DNA from: Candidatus Aquidulcis sp.
GTDB taxonomy: Bacteria; Chloroflexota; Anaerolineae; Anaerolineales; UBA4823
Direction of reading: 5' to 3'
DNA length: 64,000 bases
NCBI GenBank assembly: GCA_020723385.1
Contig: DYIZ01000009.1
Span: forward strand, 3,676 to 67,675
Positions 24,372 through 33,163 of this stretch are shown here, one piece after another. The translations under genes and the position numbers were made by a program. The notes beneath the pieces are model-generated. The model saw nothing but the letters and a program-made list of their open reading frames with translations, searched no databases and was not told the DNA's origin. Every line of letters begins with the position of its first letter. The stretch's first letter is position 1.

Positions 24372-27300
24372 CTACAGCTTATTCTCGTCAATCACCCGGC
24401 TCAGCGACTTGTACTTCTCGACCCACAAGCCAAGCAAGCCCAATTTCCAGCGGTAGATTTCAGCGGCGGCGTCGGATTCGCGGCTTTCGATCAGGATATC
24501 GCGCAGCGACAGGTGGTGCAGGGCGTCGCCAATCGCCTGCCGCTCGACCGAGACGCCGCGCTCGGACAGGTAATCTACCAACGAGATGGCGGTGGCTTGC
24601 CCGGTGAGCGGCGCCATCCGGCTGAGGGCGGTCAGCACCAGCCGCTCTACGGAGGTGGATTCGGCCCACAGGTACATGAAATGCGCCTCGCCGGAAGCCA
24701 GGATTTCTTCGAGCGCATCGTTGACGTTGGCGACGGTGATGTAAGAATGCTGGGATTTGTTGTGCTGGTTGACCAGGCTGTGGCAGAGCAGTTGCAGGAA
24801 ATAGGGGTGGCCGGCAGTGACCCGCCAGATTTTATCCAGCGCCAGGTCGTCGTAACGCATGTTGAAGGGCGCGACCGGCTCCTGAATGAGCCGCATTGCC
24901 TCGGTTTTTTCGAGGAAACCGATGTGGCGGTACAGGCTTATATTGAACAGCACGTTCCAGTAATCGGCGGCCAACTCTTCCAGGCGGTGCGTACCGCAGA
25001 AGATGACGCTCAGGTTTTCGGTGTGCTGGATGAGATGGCGCAAGAAGCCGAAGATGGACGGCTCCAAATCGCCGCGGCGTACAGCCGATTCCAGCTCTTC
25101 GAATTCATCGAGCATGAGCAGCAAATGCCGCTCGCCGATGGCCTGGCGCACATTGGCCAGGAACACCCGCTCGAAATATGCAGCCGGGCTGTCGGCAAAA
25201 TCGCTCATTTCGGGCGGGGTGATTTCGAATTTCCGGTCTTCCAACGCGAAGGCAATTTCCGTCGCCAGGCTGAGAAAGAAGTTAGGCAGGCCAGGGTCGA
25301 GGCCGAGCGCCTGACCGTCAATGTACACGGCCTGGTAATTGTCACCCAGCCGGACGGGGAGCTGTTTGAGCAATGAGGTCTTGCCAGTGCGGCGCTGGCT
25401 GATGAGCACCAGGTTGTTGCGGTGCAGTGCAGCCAGGTTTTCCTTGACGAAGGCGATGGTGTCTTCCCGCCCAAAGAACAATGGGGAGCCGGTTTGCAGC
25501 GGCGTACCGACCACGTAGGGGTTGGGGATATGCTGGAACTCGCCCTCGGTGGGCAGCAGGCGGGTGATGTCGGCGAAGTTTTCAACCTGGTCGGGGCCGC
25601 GCGGGTCGGTATACAGGATGACAAAACGGGCGCGGAACTGGTCAACGCCCTTTTCGAGGCGCGGCCGCACCCGCAGGCGCACCTGTATTTCTTCGCCGGG
25701 AGCCACCCGCTCGACTTTGGCCTGGTGATCCACCACCGTGTAATCGGGGTCCGGGGCGATGGTGACGCGCAGGTTGAGCGCCGCGCCGCGCCCGTTATTC
25801 GTCAGGCAAAGCACCAGTGAGACAATATCATCCTGCCAGGTGTGGCGGGTGAGCAGTTGGCAGGCCAGTTGGGCACGGGTTTGCAGCTCGCCCATAGCCC
25901 CAGTGACCACCAGCAGCCAGCTTTCGGCGATACGCTGGACAAGCGGGCGGTCGGCGCTGCCCAGCTCGGTGCGGGCAAAGCGGTCAATGTGGCGCAGCCG
26001 CTCGACGGCGCCTGCCAGGTAAGCGAGCTTGTCTTGGGCGGTGTCCACCCGCTCGTAGGCGCCCAGGGCGCTGATGACGGGCTGGAATTGGGTGAGGGCG
26101 GCGCTGAGGTCTGAAAGGAATGGGGGGATAGGGGGCAGGGGATAGGGGGCAGGGGATTGGCTGGTCGTGGTTCTGTCCCCTGTTCCCTTATCCCCTATCC
26201 CCTTCTCCCCTGTAATTTGAGCAATCGAGTTGGCCTCCAGCGCCGAATGGCAGCGGCGGTAGAGCGAGAGCGCTTCGGCAGCGCCATTCCACTGACTGCT
26301 CTCGGGACTGACCAACTGGACGATGATATTGCGCAGCCCAACCGGCAATAATTCGGGGGTGGAGAAGCCGCTGAATAAATAGTAATAGCCTTCAGCCAGG
26401 GTTGCCAGCGATTGGCTGCGGCCTCCTTCCTGGTTGGTGAGCGCCCCCGGCAGGTTGGCAAGCACGCTGGCCGCGTCGGGATCTTTCCCGGCAGCCTGGG
26501 CTTGCACATGCAGGCGTTCCAGAACGCTGAATGGCTCCGTGATGAGCTGCTGCGCCAGGGTTTCGGCGCGCCCAATGGGTGAATCGCGGTACTCTTCCAG
26601 GCGATGCTCGGCTGCCTCGCGGCGTTTGACCTCGCTTTGGCGATCTTCGATCAGCCAGGCGACCTGGATGGATGTGCCCGCCTGGTCAGCCAGGTCGAGC
26701 AGGAGCGCCTGATCCTCGCGGGAGTAATCCTGCCCCGAGAGCCGCGGCCCCAGGGCGAGGACTCCTACCAGGGTGGAGGTAGCTTTTTCGGCCTGGAATC
26801 TTGGGGAGAGGGTCGTGCTTTCGATCTCCGGGGCGATCAATGGCACGAGCAATTTATAGACCGCGCCTTTGGGAAGCGAGACCACCTGCCCATTGTTCAG
26901 CCGGTTCATGGTGACGATGTCCAGCGGCAGCGCCGGATTCTCCTCGGGCAAGCCGTGCGCGTCGGCGATCTCGAATTTCTTGTCGGCTTGGAGCAGGTAG
27001 ACGGCTCCGTACTGGATGTGCAGCATCTCGGTGGTGCGCTCGACCAGGGTGTGGACCAACTCGCCTAAATCAATGATCGTGCGCACGCAGCGCGAGAATT
27101 CCATGAACATCTGCCGGAAATCCACTTTCTCCCGGTAGAAGCTGCGGTCAATGATGCTTTGCACGCGCCCGCGCATGGGCATGAACAAGGCCGCGATAAC
27201 CAGAGTGGTCACCGCAATGACCAGCGCGGATTGTGTCTGGGTGACCGAGCGCAGTAGCTGCTGAACGATAATGACCACGCCGAAATAGCCTGCCCCGAGC

Positions 27301-28322
27301 AGGCCGGTGACGACGCCGTAAACCAGGGCGCGGTTGATCAGCGTGTCAATATCCCACAGCCGGTAGTGCGTGATAGAGATGGTCAGCGCCAGCGGGACGA
27401 GCAGCAACAAAATCAGATAAATCGGCTGGCCGATAATGGTAAATAGAAGAGACGGCAGTCCGGGGGTCTTGAGCGGCGGCAGAACGAGGGGCGAGACATG
27501 AAAGTAGAAATATCCCAGGAACGCTCCTACCAAAGCGATCACCACCCATTTGGTTTGCTGGCGTTGGATGAGAGTATTGCAGCGATAACGCAAAATTTGA
27601 GCGAGGATGCCGCTGCCAAACCAGCCCAAAATGACAGCCAGCAGGCTGGCTATGCGGACGAAACCATAACCCCGTGCAAATACATCTGGATCACGTGAAA
27701 AAATGAATGCGAAAAAGCGGGCGGGAGTGGACATCTGGGATATGTCCGGCGAGTGACTGGGAATGATCGCCCACAGCGCCAGCCAGCCAACCCAAAACCA
27801 GGCCAGTAGACGCGTCCAGCGCGGGTAGAATTGTCCATCGGGGAAAAGATAAAACACCAGCAGGGTAGAGCCAACGCCAATCCCCTGGATGATCGTGATG
27901 ATCAAAGCGCGGCCGGGCGGTCCAATTTTGAGGACTTCCATATTCGGTGTAATGACGGTTGGGAAGGTAAGCAGCGCCAGGGAGAGCAGCACCGCCATCC
28001 AGTCGTCGGAGCGCCGCCAGAAGATGAGCGCCGCAGTGATGATGAAGAGCAGCAGGGTGAGCAGATCGAGAGCGGTTGTGTAAATGATGAATGCTTCGGG
28101 GCTGAATCCAAGCTGTTCGAGCCACATTCTTTCGATCTGTGGGATGATCGCGGCTTGCCCCATCCGGGCTGGAACCGAGATCGCCAGCATGAACAAGATG
28201 ATAGCTGCCAGCGCCATCCATACCGTGCGAATGAAATGGAGCGCTGCGCCGCGCAGCGGCGGGCGTTCTGTGGTAATCGGTTGGACGGCCTTGATGGGTG
28301 GGTGGGGGAGGGGATGGCTCAT
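24372..28322 (-). CDS. Polytopic membrane / GAF-like sensor protein with a C-terminal STAND/AAA-like ATPase module
   Basis: About 10 hydrophobic helices in res 30-390, then IDRSFYREKVDF. A GAF-like block follows (…YGAVYLLQADKKFEIADAHGLP…LVGVLALGPRLSGQDYSREDQALLLDLADQAG). The C-terminus reads NPYVVGTPLQTGSPLFFGRED, SQRRTGKTS, LLMLDEFEELE. Confidence 0.85.
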   Translation of the reverse strand: MSHPLPHPPIKAVQPITTERPPLRGAALHFIRTVWMALAAIILFMLAISVPARMGQAAIIPQIERMWLEQLGFSPEAFIIYTTALDLLTLLLFIITAALIFWRRSDDWMAVLLSLALLTFPTVITPNMEVLKIGPPGRALIITIIQGIGVGSTLLVFYLFPDGQFYPRWTRLLAWFWVGWLALWAIIPSHSPDISQMSTPARFFAFIFSRDPDVFARGYGFVRIASLLAVILGWFGSGILAQILRYRCNTLIQRQQTKWVVIALVGAFLGYFYFHVSPLVLPPLKTPGLPSLLFTIIGQPIYLILLLLVPLALTISITHYRLWDIDTLINRALVYGVVTGLLGAGYFGVVIIVQQLLRSVTQTQSALVIAVTTLVIAALFMPMRGRVQSIIDRSFYREKVDFRQMFMEFSRCVRTIIDLGELVHTLVERTTEMLHIQYGAVYLLQADKKFEIADAHGLPEENPALPLDIVTMNRLNNGQVVSLPKGAVYKLLVPLIAPEIESTTLSPRFQAEKATSTLVGVLALGPRLSGQDYSREDQALLLDLADQAGTSIQVAWLIEDRQSEVKRREAAEHRLEEYRDSPIGRAETLAQQLITEPFSVLERLHVQAQAAGKDPDAASVLANLPGALTNQEGGRSQSLATLAEGYYYLFSGFSTPELLPVGLRNIIVQLVSPESSQWNGAAEALSLYRRCHSALEANSIAQITGEKGIGDKGTGDRTTTSQSPAPYPLPPIPPFLSDLSAALTQFQPVISALGAYERVDTAQDKLAYLAGAVERLRHIDRFARTELGSADRPLVQRIAESWLLVVTGAMGELQTRAQLACQLLTRHTWQDDIVSLVLCLTNNGRGAALNLRVTIAPDPDYTVVDHQAKVERVAPGEEIQVRLRVRPRLEKGVDQFRARFVILYTDPRGPDQVENFADITRLLPTEGEFQHIPNPYVVGTPLQTGSPLFFGREDTIAFVKENLAALHRNNLVLISQRRTGKTSLLKQLPVRLGDNYQAVYIDGQALGLDPGLPNFFLSLATEIAFALEDRKFEITPPEMSDFADSPAAYFERVFLANVRQAIGERHLLLMLDEFEELESAVRRGDLEPSIFGFLRHLIQHTENLSVIFCGTHRLEELAADYWNVLFNISLYRHIGFLEKTEAMRLIQEPVAPFNMRYDDLALDKIWRVTAGHPYFLQLLCHSLVNQHNKSQHSYITVANVNDALEEILASGEAHFMYLWAESTSVERLVLTALSRMAPLTGQATAISLVDYLSERGVSVERQAIGDALHHLSLRDILIESRESDAAAEIYRWKLGLLGLWVEKYKSLSRVIDENKL
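26122..26212. repeat. Tandem-unit inverted repeat (GGGGATAGGGGGCAG units) inside the 1316-aa coding sequence, in-frame
   Basis: GGGGGGATAGGGGGCAGGGGATAGGGGGCAGGGGA (26122-26156) faces TCCCCTGTTCCCTTATCCCCTATCCCCTTCTCCCCTG (26176-26212). It encodes GEKGIGDKGTGDRTTTSQSPAPYPLPPIPP. Confidence 0.75.
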
Positions 28323-28416
28323 GAGAAATCCGCGTGGGAGGATGACGCGCCAACAGGAACTACCGTATTATACGATGAGATGGTGGATTGGGTTCTAACG
28401 GAATTGCAGGTAATGG

Positions 28417-28887
28417 CTAATCCTTGATCAGCCCGCCGTGGTAGATCAGCTCGTACACTTTGACATCTTCCCGCACGATCCACTCCCGCCCGGTGAAGGA
28501 AGCCAGGTCGCCCTCGCTGGTGTCGAAGTAGGTGCAATCGCCGGAAGTATGCTGGAAGCCGCCCAGAAAGCGCCCCTGCCGGTACATTTCTGACAGGCTT
28601 TCCTGGATAACCTGACCGGCCCGCCAGGATGCAATGCGGCCAGGATCGAGGATGCGCCCATAGTAATTCATGGCCCAAACGGGCTTCTCTTCAAAATAGA
28701 TGACCTCCTCCCCGATGAAATCGGAGCCGCCAAAGTAGCTGTCAAGATAGATAAAAGGTCCCTGGCGGCACTGCAGATCGTGCGACCCCTGGCGGTAGGG
28801 CAGGCTGCGCTCACCACGCCCCACGTAGGTGGCCGCTTTGGCGCTGACGATGAACTCGTTGAGCTGTTCGAGTGTGAATTCACTCAT
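28417..28887 (-). CDS. DUF5680 domain-containing protein
   Basis: LNEFIVSAKAATYVGRGERSLPYRQGSHDLQ...YLDSYFGGSDFIGEEVIYFEEKPVWAMNYYGRIL resembles DUF5680 as I recall it. Confidence 0.6.
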   Translation of the reverse strand: MSEFTLEQLNEFIVSAKAATYVGRGERSLPYRQGSHDLQCRQGPFIYLDSYFGGSDFIGEEVIYFEEKPVWAMNYYGRILDPGRIASWRAGQVIQESLSEMYRQGRFLGGFQHTSGDCTYFDTSEGDLASFTGREWIVREDVKVYELIYHGGLIKD

Positions 28888-28956
28888 GGCAGGCCTCCTT
28901 AGAATCCCGCCCTCCGGCAGGCGGAGGGCGGCGATGGCTGCGGAATTACTGCAAGA

Positions 28957-29409
28957 TTACTGAGGTTTTTCTTCTTTCAAAGCCCGGATACCGTTGCGAA
29001 CCTGCGTCATCATCCGCTCCAGCTCCATCTCCAGGCGGGTGAGCGACTCCATCACATATTGGTCAACATCCTGGCGCGTCGAGCCGATGTCTACCAGCGC
29101 CGCCGATTTGATCTGCTCGGCTTTGACCTTGGCCGCTTCGACGACGGCATCGCGCTCGACAAGCTGCTCGCTCTTCTCCCGGGCGAGAGCCAGCGTGCGG
29201 TTAGCCTCCTCCTGCGCCTGGGCCAGGACGCGGTCGCGCTGCGCCAGCACCTGCTGGGCTTTCTTGACCTCCTCGGGGATAGCCACCCGCATCTGGTCAA
29301 TCAAATCCAACATCTTGTCTTCGTCTACGATGACGTTATGGGTAAAGGGAAAGGGACGGCTCTCGTTGAGCAACTCTTCCAGGCGGTCAATCAGGTGCAG
29401 GATATCCAT
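28957..29409 (-). CDS. Coiled-coil protein (ATP synthase subunit b/H-like hypothetical)
   Basis: MDILHLIDRLEELLNESRPFPFTHNVIVDEDKMLDLIDQMRVAIPEEVKKAQQVL followed by a long heptad-rich helix. A GC stem CCGCCCTCC/GGAGGGCGG (28907-28931) lies just downstream. Confidence 0.6.
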   Translation of the reverse strand: MDILHLIDRLEELLNESRPFPFTHNVIVDEDKMLDLIDQMRVAIPEEVKKAQQVLAQRDRVLAQAQEEANRTLALAREKSEQLVERDAVVEAAKVKAEQIKSAALVDIGSTRQDVDQYVMESLTRLEMELERMMTQVRNGIRALKEEKPQ

Positions 29410-29536
29410 TTGTTTCCTCCGCTTTGACGGGCAGTTTCAATGGTAAAACGTAGGATGCAAGTTTCGTGCAATCTCTGGAAATTTCTGTTATCAGCTAAAG
29501 ATTACACGCAAAACCCGAAAACGTCAACCGATTTTG

Positions 29537-30064
29537 TCAATCTCTCAACGAAGTCATCGGCACGAGGGTCTGGCCGGGGCCTAATTCTTTGAAGCGCGCT
29601 TTCAACGCGATCTCGACGTGCGGCGGGACCATGCTGCGGATGTCGCCGCCCAGCGAGGCGATTTCTCGCACCGTGGAGGACGACAGGAAAGTGTGTTCCT
29701 CGTTGGTGATGAGGGCAACCACCTCGATTTCGGGCGCCAGCCGGTGATTCGCCAGCGCCATGCGGAACTCATACTCGAAATCCGAGAACACCCGCAGCCC
29801 GCGTACGATCACCTGCGCGCCGATCTTGCGGCAAAACTCCACGGTCATGCCGCTGTAGCCCATCACGGTGACTTTTTGGTAATCCTGGAAAGCGATGCGC
29901 GCCAGGGAGATGCGCTCCTCGGGCGGGAAAACCAGCGATTTGAGCGGTTTATCGTAAACCGCGACGACCACCTCGTCAAATAGGCGCGCCGCCCGCAAGG
30001 CGATGTCCATGTGGCCGAAATGAATGGGGTCGAAAGTTCCAGGGAAAAGTGCGCGTACGGTCAT
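29537..30064 (-). CDS. coaD: Phosphopantetheine adenylyltransferase
   Basis: ALFPGTFDPIHFGHMDIALRAARLFDEVVVAV...RGLRVFSDFEYEF...SSSTVREI. Confidence 0.92.
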   Translation of the reverse strand: MTVRALFPGTFDPIHFGHMDIALRAARLFDEVVVAVYDKPLKSLVFPPEERISLARIAFQDYQKVTVMGYSGMTVEFCRKIGAQVIVRGLRVFSDFEYEFRMALANHRLAPEIEVVALITNEEHTFLSSSTVREIASLGGDIRSMVPPHVEIALKARFKELGPGQTLVPMTSLRD

Positions 30065-30069
30065 AATTT

Positions 30070-32673
30070 TTAACTGATGTCCGCTTTCTCGCTGGCCCAG
30101 AAACGCTGCAGGGCAGCCGCCAGGGGTTGGTGTTCGGGCAGACCAAGCTCAGGGTCTTGCTCGAAGAGGGTGTGAGCGGTCTTGCGGGCTTTCTCGATGA
30201 GGCGCACATCGGTCAGGCTGGCGAGTTTCAATTCGGAGAAGCCTGCCTGCCGGGTGCCGAGGAAGTCGCCGGGGCCGCGCTGCTCCAAATCACGTTCGGC
30301 CAGCACAAAGCCGTCATTCGTCTCGGCCATCGCCATCAGACGCTCGTTCTCGGCGGCGTCGGGGGTTTCCGGGATGAGGATGCAGAACGATTGCGCCTGG
30401 CCGCGCCCGACGCGCCCGCGGAACTGGTGAAGTTGCGCCAGCCCGAAGCGGTTAGCGCCCTCGATGAGCATGATCGTGGCGTTGGGCACGTCCACCCCCA
30501 CCTCGACCACCGAGGTGGAAACGAGAATATGCAGCTTGCCATCGCGGAAATCGGTCATCACCGCGTCTTTCTCGTCGGGTTTCATGCGCCCATGGAGCAG
30601 GCCAAGCCGCAGGGCTGGGAAGATTTCCTTTTGCAAGCGGGCGTGTTCTTCCACGGCGGCTTTGTCGGAATTTTCCGATTCTTCCACCAGCGGGTATATG
30701 ATAAATGCCTGGTGACCCCGTTCGATCTCGCTGCGGATTTTGGAATAAGCCCGTTCGCGCTCTCGGGGGAAGAAGACCGCCGTCTCGATGGGCTGCCTGC
30801 CAGGCGGCATCTCGTCCATCACCGAAAGATCGAGATCGCCGTAAACAGTGAGCGCCAGCGAGCGCGGGATAGGCGTGGCGGTCATCACCAGCAGGTGGGG
30901 ATTCTCGCCTTTCGAGCGCAGCAGCGCTCGCTGCTCGACGCCGAAGCGGTGCTGTTCGTCAATCACCGCCAGTTGCAGGTTGGCAAAGGTGACGGGGTCC
31001 TCGATGAGGGCGTGAGTCCCAATCACGAGCTGGATCCCGCCCTGTGCCAGGCCCTCTCGGATGTCGCGTTTCTCATTCTCAGGAGTCGCTCCCACCATCA
31101 GCCGAATCGCCTCAGGGGGAATAATCCCGTCCATCAATTTCAGGAAACTCCGGTAGTGCTGCTCGGCGAGGATGCCGGTGGGGGCCATGACGGCGGCTTG
31201 CGCGCCGTGCCGGACGATCATCGCCACAGCCAGCGCGGCGATCACGGTCTTGCCGGAGCCGACGTCGCCTTGCAGCAGGCGGTTCATCGGTCGGCCAGAG
31301 GCCAGGTCGGTGCGCGCATCGGACAGGGCGCGCTGCTGCGCCCCGGTGAGCGGGAAGGGCAGGCGGGCGATCTGCTCCGCCAGCCACTCATCGGGCGTGT
31401 CGAAGACATGCGCCGAGCGTTCCTGCCAGTGACGTTTTTGTCGCAGCACGCCAAGCTGCAACAAGAAGATTTCGTCGAACGCCAGTCGGTAGCGGGCGGA
31501 TTTGAGCAGGTCGTGCGAATCGGGAAAGTGCGCCTGCATGAGCGCCGTGGGCAAATCTATCACCTCGGCGGCGCGGCGCAGATCGGTGGTGAGGGGGTCC
31601 TGCACACGCGGCGCCCAGTGTTCCACAACGGCGTGCATGTGATTGCGCAGCCAGCGCTGGGTGATGTTGGCGGTGAGCGGGTAGATCGGCACGATACGGT
31701 TGGTGTGCAGGTTTTCCTGCTCCATCGGCTCGACTTCGGGGTTGGTCATCACCAACCGGCCCAGGTATTGCTCGATTTTGCCTGAGAGCACCACGTACAT
31801 GCCGGTGCGCACGCGTTTGGCGATGTAGGGATTCCACCAGGTGACGCGCAGCGCGCCAGAGCCGTCGGTGACGACCGCTTCGACCAACTCGCGCCGTCCC
31901 GAGTGGATGCGGCGGGTGACGACGCTCTCGGCCTTGCCGATGATGGTCACTTCGTCGCCGTAATCCAGGCGGTTGATGGGCTTGAGCTGGCTGTAATCGT
32001 CGTATCGGCGTGGGAAGAAATAGAGCATATCGCCGAGATTGTGCAAGCCGAGACGCGCCAGGGTTTGACCGTGCTTGGGGCCGACGCCGGGCAGTACGGT
32101 GACGGAGGCATCCAGCGCCGCAGGAGGGCCAGACGGTATCGGAGGGGATACGCGCTTTTGGGGGCGCATCTCAACCCTGGGGGCGGGGGGAGCGGGGGGC
32201 GAAGGCCGAGGGCCGAGGGCCGAAGGCCGAGGGCCGAGGGGCGGATCGCCGGAGGGGATGATATCCCCGCTGGGAGCAACTTCGGCGGGCTGAGATGGGG
32301 GAGTGGGCGCGCGGGGTTCTGTTTTCTGCCGCGGCTCGATTTTGGGGCGGGGAGGCCGGTCAACCGGCTTGGGTGATGGTTTTTCGCCGCCCGGCTGAGT
32401 CGGCAGGCTGGGGATGGGTTCGCCAGCTTCGCGTTGAATGCGTTTCCAAAGGCCCTCCAGCGCATCGGAGCGTCCCTGCGGGCTGAGATGGGGATAATCG
32501 TGGAGGCGAGATACCACTGCCTGGACGATGGCTTCGGGCAAATTATTGGCGCGGGCTTCAGCTTCCCACGGGCCGAGCATCTTGTCCAGCCCGCCGATGA
32601 TGGCGCGGTTTTCGTAGCCTTGTTCGACTTCGAGCTTGAGAAAGTTGTATAGTTTCTTGAGGGAAGGGTTCAT
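30070..32673 (-). CDS. recG: ATP-dependent DNA helicase RecG with an extended Pro-rich N-terminal region
   Basis: Motifs GDVGSGKT, DEQHRFG, TATPIPR, QLHQFRGRVGRG and a wedge/OB region. Start trimmed from 32841 to ATG 32673 (MNPSLKKLYNF…), which removes the overlap with the + gene at 32817. Confidence 0.88.
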   Translation of the reverse strand: MNPSLKKLYNFLKLEVEQGYENRAIIGGLDKMLGPWEAEARANNLPEAIVQAVVSRLHDYPHLSPQGRSDALEGLWKRIQREAGEPIPSLPTQPGGEKPSPKPVDRPPRPKIEPRQKTEPRAPTPPSQPAEVAPSGDIIPSGDPPLGPRPSALGPRPSPPAPPAPRVEMRPQKRVSPPIPSGPPAALDASVTVLPGVGPKHGQTLARLGLHNLGDMLYFFPRRYDDYSQLKPINRLDYGDEVTIIGKAESVVTRRIHSGRRELVEAVVTDGSGALRVTWWNPYIAKRVRTGMYVVLSGKIEQYLGRLVMTNPEVEPMEQENLHTNRIVPIYPLTANITQRWLRNHMHAVVEHWAPRVQDPLTTDLRRAAEVIDLPTALMQAHFPDSHDLLKSARYRLAFDEIFLLQLGVLRQKRHWQERSAHVFDTPDEWLAEQIARLPFPLTGAQQRALSDARTDLASGRPMNRLLQGDVGSGKTVIAALAVAMIVRHGAQAAVMAPTGILAEQHYRSFLKLMDGIIPPEAIRLMVGATPENEKRDIREGLAQGGIQLVIGTHALIEDPVTFANLQLAVIDEQHRFGVEQRALLRSKGENPHLLVMTATPIPRSLALTVYGDLDLSVMDEMPPGRQPIETAVFFPRERERAYSKIRSEIERGHQAFIIYPLVEESENSDKAAVEEHARLQKEIFPALRLGLLHGRMKPDEKDAVMTDFRDGKLHILVSTSVVEVGVDVPNATIMLIEGANRFGLAQLHQFRGRVGRGQAQSFCILIPETPDAAENERLMAMAETNDGFVLAERDLEQRGPGDFLGTRQAGFSELKLASLTDVRLIEKARKTAHTLFEQDPELGLPEHQPLAAALQRFWASEKADIS
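32200..32241. repeat. 21-bp tandem duplication (2 copies, 20/21 identical) inside recG
   Basis: CGAAGGCCGAGGGCCGAGGGC (32200-32220) and CGAAGGCCGAGGGCCGAGGGG (32221-32241). They encode GPRPSAL/GPRPSPP on the minus strand. Confidence 0.85.
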
Positions 32674-32816
32674 CAGAGGGTTTCGATCAATAGGATTTTC
32701 AACCGCCCATTGGCGTGTGATTTTTATCGCAGCCGTGATTATAACAGACGCTTGCCCGCTCTTGCCTCTCCATCCGTAATCGCATATACTATTCGAGCCC
32801 CGGAGACCTGCCAGCC

Positions 32817-33065
32817 ATGACACTTCCACGACGATTGACACTTTGGCTTCTCGCTGCTCTTATCTTATCGTTTCTGGCTGCAACCAGCTTTTTTTCCAAC
32901 GCCTTTGCTCAACAGCCCTCACCCACCCCTGGCCCTGACCCTACCTCGGTCGTCATCGGCGTCATGGATGCGCCGCGTCCTGGGCTGATCATGGTGGTCG
33001 CCTTCGTGCTGGTTGCGGGCTGGATCGCCTTTTGGACGATCAAGAACAGAATCAGGCGCGGGTGA
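32817..33065 (+). CDS. Small secreted/membrane-anchored hypothetical protein (82 aa)
   Basis: Signal-like LTLWLLAALILSFLAATSFFSNAFA, a Pro-rich spacer and a C-terminal TM LIMVVAFVLVAGWIAFW followed by basic residues. Confidence 0.5.
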   Translation: MTLPRRLTLWLLAALILSFLAATSFFSNAFAQQPSPTPGPDPTSVVIGVMDAPRPGLIMVVAFVLVAGWIAFWTIKNRIRRG

Positions 33066-33163
33066 ATTAAGACTATCAAAGTAGCTGGCGTGCAGACTTT
33101 TGTCTGCCAATTTACGGGCTGAAGCCCGCAATCCAATACACCCCAATTCCCTCTCATCAGGAC

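Noticed and set aside
33092-33128. Two small hairpins (GCAGAC-TTTT-GTCTGC and CGGGC-TGAA-GCCCG) upstream of the lactate permease, considered as a riboswitch or terminator
   Set aside because: They are too short, with no conserved riboswitch core that I recognise and no T-run. They may simply be further members of the GC hairpin repeats.
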